Below, piece by piece: positions 49,727 through 61,300 of a stretch of DNA of 64,000 nt (within the stretch, counting starts at the first letter, position 1; each line of letters begins with the position of its first letter). A model generated the notes under the pieces. The model was not told the DNA's origin and searched no databases. It saw only the letters and a list, made by a program, of their open reading frames with translations. Source of the DNA: Balanoglossus misakiensis (taxonomy: Eukaryota; Animalia; Hemichordata); assembly GCA_040954595.2 (NCBI GenBank), contig CM082578.2:7611519-7675518 (forward strand), given 5' to 3'. A program made the translations under genes and the position numbers.

Positions 49727-50362
49727 GCATTAAGTTAGCATGTGAGTCTGTACAAAGAAAGAAATATTGGCTCAATGTACACACAAAGTGTTCACCAAAA
49801 GTTAGAGTAACCACCAAAGTATAAGGAGAACGCACCTCTTGAATCAAGTGGCTGTCTTCCACACAAATTCAGCCATAGATTTTTTTCACTAATATTTAAA
49901 GTTACATTTCACAGTTAAAAAACCAAATGGAGTGTTTTTTTTTCACTTTGCATTGTGTTGGCTTCCCCCAAAAAATTGTTGGGTGGGCAGGCAATAAATT
50001 AGGGTTAAAGTCAGGTTGTCATAAACCACATTTTCTTGGCTTGGCTCTATATTACCCAAGTTTTGCTACTTTTCTAAAATGGAATTCACACTGAGAGAGC
50101 ACTCTGACTTGGACTGCAGTTATCCAAAATGTTCAGAAAGTGTAAATGTGTAATCTGACATATACATATATACGGGGAGTGTACTAATAGTAAATGTAAA
50201 TGTACAACAATTCTAATTTAACGGGCAGTTCTTATTATTAAGAGGGAATTCCTGTGTTTTTCATGTGAAATCTCAGAAAGCACACACTGGAAATGACACT
50301 GTCATATTACTGACAGGTTTATGACACATCGGTAAATGTGTCTTCAAGGAGAACATAGGGGC

Positions 50363-50450
50363 AGTGTTCTGAAAAGTGACAGCTTCTTGAAGATCACATA
50401 GGTTATAGTGTTCTGAAAAGTGACAGCTTCTTGAAGATCACATAGGTTAT
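50363..50450. repeat. Exact 44-bp tandem duplication in DMTF1 3' UTR
   Basis: AGTGTTCTGAAAAGTGACAGCTTCTTGAAGATCACATAGGTTAT x2 (50363-50406, 50407-50450). Confidence 0.95.
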
Positions 50451-50997
50451 GGACTGTTACATCAACTATAAAACAAACAGATAACAAAATTGTCAATTTA
50501 CAAAAAGATTGTACTGGTATGTCTGCCTTCAAAGACACTGTGTTAAGTGATTTGGTAGTTTTGGAAACTTATTGCGGTCATTCAAAAGACTATCTTTAAC
50601 TGACAGATTTTTCCTCACAGAAACATACAATAATACCATCAAGAAACGTAACCAGGAACCCTGGTTTGAAATCCTCAAATGTTCACACAGTCAACTAATC
50701 AAATGAAAAGTCAAGTGATGGAACTGGTCAAGGAAAATAGAAGGCATATTTCAAAACTGTACAAAATTCTCCTAATTCGGAAAACACTGAACTGCAGGTC
50801 CAACACATGACAATTTCAAAGATTATCAAAATGCTTAAATTTGATAGCAGTTAATAGTGACATATCCATCGATATCCATAACACTACACACAGTAACATT
50901 GCTGCTCAGTGAGACACAACATATAACTTATTTGCATGTTGAGAATAACGGGTGGACATTTGCATATTAACACATTTAAGGCAGTTGACTGGCTACT

Positions 50998-53900
50998 CTA
51001 CAGGTGGTTATGTTCATCATGTTCTCTGCTGAGATCACCATCATGTAGAGCATGTTCATCGAGTCGACTTTTATCCACTTCTATATCTGATGAGGATCCT
51101 ATCAAGTCTTCGCCGGTGTCCGATTGGCTTTGAAGTATTGGACCTGAAAATTACAAAAGATTATCCTGTTTATTAAGGTCAAGGGTCAAAGGGTACACCA
51201 ACAAGAGTTACATATTGTCTGTGTACATTTTCGTGATGCCGATTCCTGGCATGTGTGTTTTTGACCTATTGACCCCAATCATGACATAATTTTGAAATAA
51301 TTGCTGAAAACTTGAAACTCAAATGCCAGATGCAACATCCTTATATGGTCTGCCATCTACCAAATAACAAAAACGCAAGTTCTAGTACTAGTATCCAGAA
51401 ACCTAGGGGCATCAGTTCCTAAAAATGTCATACCTGTTAATGTGAAGACATCTGAAGTTGAAAGATGGGAATCCACTCCGGATGATGTTGCCTGTACATA
51501 ATCACCTGTTGTGGAACCAGTGATGGAGGAGGCACTGACGATAACTAAGGTTGGTTCTGATTGGCTAACTTCTGATGTCATGTCAGAGGCACTGATATCC
51601 TATGTAATGGAAACAAATATTGGCACATTGTGAAAAGAGTGTGTCTATCAGTTTCAGATTTACATTTTCAGGTTTTCTCTCCCTGGAAGCTCAATGTATT
51701 TGTATGAACTGACCTTGTAGGCATTGTTTGTTTACCTGGAACTCCATGTCTGAGATGATGCACAAACTAATTTGGGTAAAAAACTACACAATGCAATGAT
51801 CTCAAATATTTATATATAGCTAGGACTTTCATGTATGAATGTACAACTGGTGCAATGGAGTCGAAAGGAATTGTACACTTGTCATTGTACAGAGGACATG
51901 GTTTACCTGATCCATCAGTTCATGTTGGGATATGAGTTGTCCCTGACTGGTGATGTGCTGCTGTACGGCCAGATCTGATTGGCTGATCTGTGAGGACAGG
52001 TGTTCATCATCGTCATGGCTGATATCATCTGACTGTGTCACATTGTGCAGATCTGAAATTACATAAGTGATGTGAAAGCGATTACAAAAATTTTGATAAA
52101 GTATTAAATTTCAAGTAAAAAAATGCAAAGATTCATCCTTGTGTCCTGCATAATTCAAAATTTGCCAGGACTATGGCAGCAAATGGAACAGGTTTTTTCA
52201 CCGGGCGAGAGTGACGCACGTGTCCCCTGATTGGTCTACAGTGAGTAGCACCTACCGTCTGATTGGCTGATGCCGTCTTGTAGGTCAGAGTCTGCATGGG
52301 TGATAGTGCACGTGGATGAGATGTCAGCACTGCTGAGTGAGGGAACCCCTGAATGGGACGATGTAATGATGATGTGTGCATTGTTTTGTGGATTCATCTG
52401 TACTGTCACGTTTTCATTGCTGTGCAAGGCATCCGACTGAAAAAAAAGAGAAAAGGTAAGAGAGTACGAGACACTGGCTTATAGGAATGGGTGACAATCA
52501 ATAACTGCAAGTACATATACATTTGTGAATAAATGCAGGAGAACAATAAAGCAATCACAAGAAGTCACTGAACTGCAAGGCCAATGCTTTTTTTGTCTGT
52601 TTAACCCTTTCACCCCCCAAGTTGTCTTTAGAGGTCAAACCTTACCATTCAAAACAATGGGTTTGGATGGGACCATTGTGGTGAAAGGGTTAAACTCTGA
52701 GTCTGATGCTGTAGTTTGCTTTCTCCGAAGAAAAATGACAAAGTGGAATAACATACAGTATTCAGTGACAATAAAATCATGTTTTCTTTAAATGCTGTAC
52801 TTGCCACAAGACTGCCAACTTTGGTGCTGACTGTCATCATGCACACTTTGATTTGAAACCTAAACATGAGGGAAATGAAAATATGCACACAATTCATTGA
52901 CTTACCACTGGTACAGTTTGCACAATGATTTGATCTGTCGATGTGGGTGATCCTGACAGCGATGTAGGTATATGCTGGGGATTCTGTATGAGGAAAGCTC
53001 CGGGGGGCAGCGTCATGGTGGACTGCATGACTTCATACGACTGGTACATATTGGTGCTGGAATGCTCCTCCTCTGAATCGGCAGGCGCCACCGTTGTCGT
53101 GGTAATGGTTGCTGCTCCCCCTGAGAGAGACATTACCCAGTCATAAGTTACGGAAATGTGTTATTTTTCCGGAAAGAGAGGGCGAGGAGAGAGAAAGCAG
53201 AGATGCAGAATGGAAACGAGGCAGGGAAGGGGAAATAATGTGGTAGATTTCGAAAGGATTGAACAATATGAAAATTATGGGTAGGAAATGATGAACAGCA
53301 AAGACCTTAAGAGAATCAGAAAGCATCACAATGGTACATGTTTTTTCTCCATCCATACGGAAAAAAAAAGTGTGACATATTGCATCCTATTAAACATACA
53401 CATGCAAAAGTACAAAATGTACATTAAAAATTTTCCCATGTTGCAACCACATAACAGAAATAACCACTGAATTTCTCACTATTCCATGATGAAATGAAAA
53501 CATTTCTGGGGGGACAAGATCATCTACAGTGTACGGATTGTACACCAGAACACTGCAAAGACTGCTGGTCACTTTGCGGGCTGACGTGTTGAGATGATAA
53601 TCACTTACCTCTTTGCGGTATTGGAATCGGTACGTGTACAATGGTGGGTTTGACACTGAGCTGGTCCATGGTGGTGAACTTGACCCTGGTCGGCATCTGC
53701 GGCCGTTCCGGTTTCTGTTTGGTCAGGGGGCCCGGGTTGGTTCTCAGGGCCTCTATGATTTCTGTAGGGCGGAAACATGCAGAATGGTCAAGTCACTGTC
53801 GCGCTGTGTTTTTGCACGGACTGGCTATGACATATCACGCATTTAGAGACAAAATGACTACAGCTGGGCTGATTTCTAAAATCACAATGGCAGAAGGTTT

Positions 53901-56900
53901 ACCTGCTTGAGACATGCTGGGATGGTCTGGGATGTGTCTTTTCAAAGCCCACCACTTACTTCGTAACCACTGCGGCGACCTCACACTGTGGAAAATGCGA
54001 AAACACACCATCAGTGATCAAAAAAGAATGAATGGAGAGATCATAAAACAGTAGAAAACACCAATGTAATGTAGTTCTTCTATTATGACACATGTGAAAC
54101 TAAGGAATCCTTACCTCTGCCATCCCTCGGAAAGTTTTACCCAGTTGATTTCATTTTCATTCAGTACACCTGATTCTTCAATTCTGTAGAAATTCAAAAC
54201 AATGCAATATTTATTTTGATGTCGCAAACAACTTGTAACTCGACACTCATATTATCAAGTTTCTCTTGAACTCAAACCAGACCATGGTTTTGTCTTCCCT
54301 GCTGCATACTGATTCACAGATAACAAGAGATAGAAACTGTGTATAAACCTACACTGTGTATAGGTTTACCATCCACTGAAACAAGTATATTGTACATTTC
54401 TTATAAAACAGAATCTACTGCAAAGTGAGAAATCTGATGACACAATACAACTGGTACATGGCTCCAAATAATTACTGTACCTGGTCAACAGAAGTCGGTC
54501 GTCATCCTTGGACCACTCGGTGCCTCCAGTTTGTTTCCAGTTCAAATAATTCAACCACTTGGAGCGGCACTGTTTTTCCGAGCGCGTACCCACTCTCTCG
54601 GCCACAGAGGCCCAGGATATCCCCGATGTAATGCTCTCACCTTCGATCACGTTACTCAACTCGTACACTGCAGTGGTCAGACGATTCTCTTCCTCAGGCA
54701 ACCATTTGCCTGTTATGAACAAACAGAGAGACTTATTAATTTTTCAGTATCCGCATTTTAACAGAAGAGGATGCCGCTCAAATTTTTCCAGCTAAATTTG
54801 AATCTGGGAGAATCTTTTCCTTGTTGAGTTTGAAAAGAAGGTCATATGTATTTCACATCATGCAGCAACATTTCAAAACGGCCAAAGATGAAAACAGTGA
54901 TATTGAGCACCTACCAGAATGATTGCTCTCCTTGAGAATGAGTCGACACCTGTCTTTGACAGAGGATGCACTCCTTCCAAGAGCTGCGCCAATGGCTGCC
55001 CAGTCGTTGCCGTGTTTGCCATGCAGTCTACAAAATTGAAGAAAATATTCAATGCTTTCACTCAGACATCATATTTTCGATGGAAAACTGCATTCTCTAG
55101 TAAATCTTGGCGTAAAATGATTACGTCTAGACTTTACTTACTCTTTCAGCTTTTCAGTTTCTTCTGGTGTATACCTGCAATCAAATCAAATCAAATCAAT
55201 ATGACAACATAAAAAACTGCATGGTTCCTTAGAACATTACCTTTGAGTTAATTCTTTGATGGCTCTATACACAATCATCAGCAAAAATTGCGCAGGTACA
55301 TTTCCTGATATTGAGAGTTTTAAGTTCATTAATATTTTAGTTATTAATTTCATATGTACATCTACATGTACGTTTTGACACATTGATCTAGCGTACTAAT
55401 AAATTAAGTTTCAAAGTTTAAATCTTTGTACTGACTTACTTTCCCATGTGATTTTTGCTGTCGTACATCCTCAGCACTCTCCTGTAGATGGCAAAGAGTG
55501 GCCTATTCAGACCCTTGGCAATCGACCGGTAGAAATCCTTCCTCTCGTCCTTTGTCATGTCAAAGATTATTTCTTGGGCATCCCTCAAATTCCGCGCCTG
55601 AGAATGTCAATATATTTTGGCCTAGTGTTAAAACCATGTCGCTGCCTAATTTTTTCTATGTAAACAAAGAATCATTTTGCTCTTCATAATTTTTTATGAG
55701 TATCAATCAGTTAAATGGTATTTAATTACAGATTACATAATTTTTATCAATTAAAACTCAGGAAATATTCTTTTCAGAAGAAACTGAGAACAAACCTTGA
55801 CATATTCATCAATGTTCTGTTGCAGAACTGTAATTTCATCCTTGGACCACATGCCCTGCTTCCACTTGTGACCTGCAAAATAAGTTTATTACAACATTTC
55901 ATCAATCAACATCCACATATCCTGTTTTGGTATGTACTGTGTAGGTTTACTCTGAAAGCCTAAAACACAAATCACTGAAGACATGATGGTTACCTTTAAT
56001 GGCTAGAGTGTCTTTATCCTCTTTGGTCGTGAACCAACATTGGCTGACGGGATCTGGATCGGCTTCCTCACCGAATGCTTCAACGTTCTGTGGAATCTGC
56101 AAGGAAAATAACACAAGTGCAATCAGTACCAACAGCGGTACCAGTATGTGTTGTGGTATGATTTGTCTGCTCTCTCCCTCTCCTTGTCTGTCAGTCCCCC
56201 CCCTCCCCTACTTTCTCTTTCTCTCACCTGTGCTACTGCCTCTGATGACTCAGCACTGGCTAATCTCTGTTCCAGTTCTTCACTTGTTGCTTGTTGGACA
56301 GTCAGGTTCTCTCCATCAACACCTGTTTTCACATTGCATTGAAATAAAAATAAAGAAAAAACAGGGTTTGAAACACTAACAGTCTCTAAATTTTTGCATT
56401 CAACAATTTCCCTTCACTTTAATAAGGCTGAGTCTTTCGTAGCAATTCTACATGGAGATATTATCAACACAATTTTTATCAAGAACTTTAATCCATGATC
56501 TCACAGTTTTTTACCTGGAATGACAACTAATCCATCCATAGATGAGAGGGCCTCATCCACTACATGTTGGGCAGCCGCCTGTCCCTCCTCATCCATGCGA
56601 GGGCGCTTTTCATCACCTTCATTCACATCATCCTCAGCTTTTCTCTTTTGACAATCTTCAAGTTCATCCTCATTGGTTTCTGTGACTATAGTAAAAGGTC
56701 ATGTGATCTATAGCTGAGTACCCAGGAACATGACATTATGTATCACTGATTTATCTTGCTGTTTACATTGTAAAATCTTTTGGTTATTTTCTGAATTTAG
56801 AGTGATTGAGAATTCAATAATCCTAAATATTGTTAGAATGTTTATCACAGAAGATTCACTGGATGGATGGTAACGATGCTCTATTGTTATTCACTATTTT

Positions 56901-57167
56901 GAATATACGTATTTTACTGAAGTTCTCTCTAAGCCATCCCTTATGTTTCATTGTACATTTCTGGCTGCATATTGTTTTGGCATAAAACAATGAAAAATTC
57001 TGCAATGGTATACCTGCATGGTCATCATCAGTGGGTAAAGTGTGTATGATGATACATGCAGTTGTTGTGTCCTCGTCCACTCCTTCCACACCTTTGATTT
57101 CATGATTTGAGCTCAAGTTCAACGGCATCACTTCTGCGCCCGACGAGTCCCTGTGGCTTTCCTCCAT
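50998..57167 (-). CDS. DMTF1: Cyclin-D-binding Myb-like transcription factor 1, ~763 aa
   Basis: Coding exons: 57167-57014, 56685-56515, 56322-56228, 56096-55994, 55872-55796, 55597-55440, 55174-55142, 55027-54915, 54709-54481, 54183-54115, 53985-53903, 53761-53609, 53120-52906, 52436-52256, 52052-51907, 51599-51434, 51143-50998. Junctions are GT-AG and phase-consistent, total 2292 nt. Motifs: WFTTKEDKD..GHKWKQGMWSK, ERKDFYRSIAKGLNRPLFAIYRRVLRMYD, HGNDWAAIGAALGRSASSVKDRCR, SWASVAERVGTRSEKQCRSKWLNYLNWKQ, SVRSPQWLRSKWW. The terminal low-complexity exons are less certain than the Myb core. Confidence 0.93.
52601..52693. mobile_element. Tiny piggyBac-like MITE in DMTF1 intron
   Basis: TTAA-CCCTTTCACC ... 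GGTGAAAGGG-TTAA with interior agaggtcaaaccttaccat..caatggg. Confidence 0.8.
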
Positions 57168-57699
57168 GGTTTTATTAATATCTGAAGGGATGGGTCAGAG
57201 TGATGTGCTGTCATTTTCAGCAATAAATTATTCAGTGTCCCATCCATGATGGCATGAACAGGGGGGGGGGGGGGATAATTGTCCCCCTTTGCCAGAATAG
57301 GAGGTAATGTATCTCTAAACATGTGAGTAACATCATTTTAAGCCTAGGGGCACCCCCCCCCCCCCCCCAACAAATTCCTACGGGTGCCAACATGTCAGCA
57401 AACTGGCCCCATATAGATGAAACACTGTAAATTAAATAATACAAGTAATAATAATAAAGATGATAAATAATAAAACTTTATTGCATAACAACACTTCAAT
57501 CAATCAATCAATCTGACATTAGTCATTACGAAATGTAATCAAGTAAAAACTGCTGATGGGGGTGATACAGTATTGTATTGAAATGTACATGATCTTGTGA
57601 TCATGTACAGCAATATATATATATCTACTATCTATTATACATGATTGCCGCTACTCCATTGACTGCAGTAACCTATGAGCGAACATGTAATCTACAACT

Positions 57700-58377
57700 T
57701 TATACTTTCCGGCCCCAGGCCCCATACATATGCATACAACGTAAAAACATCTTCACATCGCCGTGTAACAGTCGCGAGTCGCATCGAAAGCCTACAAAAC
57801 ACGGAACCGGAAAGTTGGCGGCCATGACAGCCGTTCGAAGGTGGACAAAACTTCACATCTGCATGTGTTTCACTACTTCTCCTTCTCTTTCGGCTGCCTA
57901 AGGCAATGTCAACTGGACTAGCACTGACAGGTACATCGCTACACGTGCATCAACACTGGAAAATGACTTACTTCCTGTTTTCGTCCGGGAACTTTCGGCG
58001 ATTTTGAAATGCCAGGATGAAAAAATACCAGGATGTCTGTCGTAAAGGCGGAGACAATATGGCAGCTAAAGTAGTTCTCGCTCACGCCCGGTATATACAA
58101 TATATTTATGAGCCTGCAGATTTCTAGACACACAAAAAAGAAGTGCGCGTTTGCAATACTATGCGAGGGATTTCAAAATGCGCAAAATGATAAACCATAC
58201 CTCATTTTGTATAATTAAATAATTCTAATGCGTAACTTTCAATGAAAAATTGTGGCACTATTCTTTGCTCATGGTTGTTTTGTATGATAGTTGTGATGCG
58301 GTTAAAGTTGCAACCCCTTTGAAATAATAGCATCGTCCACAAGCAGTAGCACAGTTGACCTTTGACCCTGACCCAAA
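57700..58377. promoter_or_regulatory. Putative bidirectional promoter DMTF1/SUCLG2
   Basis: CpG-enriched. Minus-strand donor GAA|gtaagt at ~57970 (candidate DMTF1 non-coding exon 1). ETS-like motifs, a DR1 element TGACCTTTGACCC at 58356-58368, and a YY1-like AAAATGGCCGCC overlapping the SUCLG2 ATG. Confidence 0.55.
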
Positions 58378-61300
58378 ATGGCCGCCATTGGGCAAGTTGC
58401 CGGTCGGATCTCGTGCCGGCTTGTTTCAAACGGTTTGCTGCAACGACAGGTGAGTTAGAGTTGTTTTAACCTACCCAGGTTGAAAATAAAAGTTCGGCAG
58501 TCCGGAATCTCTCTCAGTGTGGTTGCCGTGTTGCCCCCAAGACTTGGGTATCGGCAAAATTTAAAACGTAGTCTGCCACATGTACACATGACATGTACAT
58601 GTACATGTACGTGTACGTGTGCCTTGCAATATCGCAATGTGTGTTGACGTCCGCTGTTCAACCAAATACAGGCGTTTGTACCCATGGTACACAGTGTTTC
58701 CCGTCAAGCAGAACACGATATCTTTGACATCTCTCCACATGATCATAGACAATTCAACGCCAGAACTGAAGTGCAGGAAGAAAGATACCTCCGTCGTACA
58801 GTATTCTCGGTATCAGAGTCCAATAACCATGCAAATATTGAAATAAGAACGCGCAACAAGTGTATCTAGGGTCTATAAATGTAGTAAAGTGGACTATGAT
58901 TTGAAGATTAGAGCAAACTTCTTCTGATTACTTTTCTCCGCATATATCAGAATATTCAACAAAATTCAACTTGTGCTAAATAACACAAAAATTTTTTGAA
59001 CAGTGAACTAAAAAGCTGCAACCTTTCTAGAAGCACTACATTTTGTGGCTGACATTTTGGAATATGCAGTAAAGTTATGTCCAAACTTTCCACTGTGTTT
59101 TCAGGCCTCGAAAATTTTTTCACAAATTCACTTGCCACAGGGCAAGTGACTTTACAATTTCACTTGTCCTTCAGAAAATTACACTTGCCCTTCAATTTGA
59201 CAATTTTTTCATATCCATACAGTATGTGTATTTCGGCGTGCATGTGCAATACTGCAATATTGGCCTTTGAAAAATCCATATGAATTTCCAAGCTAAAAAG
59301 TGGCAATATGTCAAAAAATTCTATAAATCCAAGACATATTTGAATTGAAAAATAAAATGCCCCTCCTTGAATGGGCATGTGAGTGACCCTTTGATGTAAG
59401 CATGCAATAGGAATAATACTGTCTTAACCCAGTCTAAATCCAGAAATATGCAGTGAAATCTATATTGAAACTCCCATCAGAAGATGTCTTTTCAACAAAA
59501 CCTAGGACTGCTGATACCTATGGTGGCGATCAGTCAGTTTCAGCATGGTTTCAGAAGCAGCTGTTTAAGCATAGGCCCTAGTCTCATAGGCCATCAGCAT
59601 GTTACAATGTTGTAGGTAAAAACTAAAATGTATCTAAGTCAAACGCGTCCGCGTCCGTAAACTAAGTTTGCAACTTTGTAGATAAAGGTCGTAAGGTCAT
59701 CCATTGTACTTGGCAGACGGTACAAGTAATCACCATGGTGTAAACCACGATCTCCCACGTTTAGTACAGGGTAAAGGTCACTTGCCCGTTGGACAAAAGA
59801 CTTTTATTTTTCATTTGTCCGGGCTAAAAATACACTTGCCACGGGCGTCGGGCGATAGGAATTATCGAGGCCTGGTTTTATTTGACATACATGTATGTCT
59901 CTCCAATTACAGACTGTAGCAAGCTGTGTAATACCATCAAGATGTCTGAATTTACAAGAATATCAGAGCAAGAGACTGATGGACAAATATGATGTCAATG
60001 TCCAACGGTACCGGATTGTAGATGACCCTCAAGATGGCATAGAGAAGGGCAAGGAACTTAGTAAGTAGCTTTGACCTTTCGCCTCCAGTTCCTTCTTTTA
60101 GAGGTCCAACCTTACCATAGAAATCAATGGGCTTGGACTGAACTATAGGGATGAAAAGGTTAAACGATTAACACCCATGTCCAACGTTACATAGAAAGCA
60201 GAGTGTAAGTTGCTATGTATACCGGGCCATGTCACTCCAAGGAAGCAGGAAAATTGAACAATAATAATTAAATAACCAAGAACTGTAATCCTGATTTCTG
60301 TTGTTCATATTTTTATACAAATGATAATGTCCGAGATATTTCAATCAAAAAGCCATTGTTATAATTAATTTAATGTCAGAATTGCATGTTTTATATTTTC
60401 AGTGAGCACAATAGCCAATGAACTAGTCATCAAAGCACAGATCCTAGCAGGTGGCCGTGGCAAAGGTGTTTTTTCAAGCGGACTCGAGGGTGGTGTACAT
60501 CTTACCACTAAGTGAGTAAACTTATTCCCACAAGTGCAGAATACCAGATTAGAATCAGATGAAAATATCTGAATGAAAAATCAGCGAAAACGCTGCCAGA
60601 TTACAATTTATGAGCACATTTATTTTCACAAACCACACCAACAATGTGCAGCCCCAGATCGCACATTGCACTTCAAAAGGGCGCCCTCTAGCAGACAGAA
60701 AAGGAACTCAAGCTCCCCCTCCCCCCTTCCTCTCTCTCTTTCTCACTCGCTCGCTCCTCTCTCTGTAGCCCTGATGATATTGGACCTCTCGTTGAAAAGA
60801 TGATAGGACACAAACTAGTCACCAAACAGACCGGTAAAGATGGAGTCACAGTCAGCAAGGTATGGTTCACGACGCAAATTTTAATCTTTCTAATTCATAA
60901 GAAGAAAATTCCAACCATATACATGTCGAATATCATGACCAACACAAGTCCTGCAACCCTGTGCCCTTGTCATAAAATGTAAGAATTGATTAGTGTTGTT
61001 GGCCACCATAATTGTGGATAGCCGGATTCATCGTGTGGAATTTTTTCTTCAGGTCATGATTGCAGAGGCGTTGGACATCGAGAGAGAGACCTACTTTGCC
61101 ATCTTGATGGACCGGACATTTGATGGCCCAGTGATGGTCGGCAGTCCGGCCGGAGGGATGGACATCGAAGATGTGGCCTTAAACACACCAGACCTTATAT
61201 ACAAGGTGAGATTGTGACTTTTGCAAACCCTTTGGCATTTGGTACCTGCTGAAACCGTGTTTCTTACAACTAGTGTTTCTTTCAAAGAGAATGTATTGGA

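Noticed and set aside
52755-52848. Possible box C/D snoRNA in a DMTF1 intron (ATGATGA...CTGA on minus)
   Set aside because: Terminal stem is weak, there is no clear C'/D' box, and the putative guide matches metazoan 18S only with mismatches. A snoscan/Infernal run would be needed to revive it.
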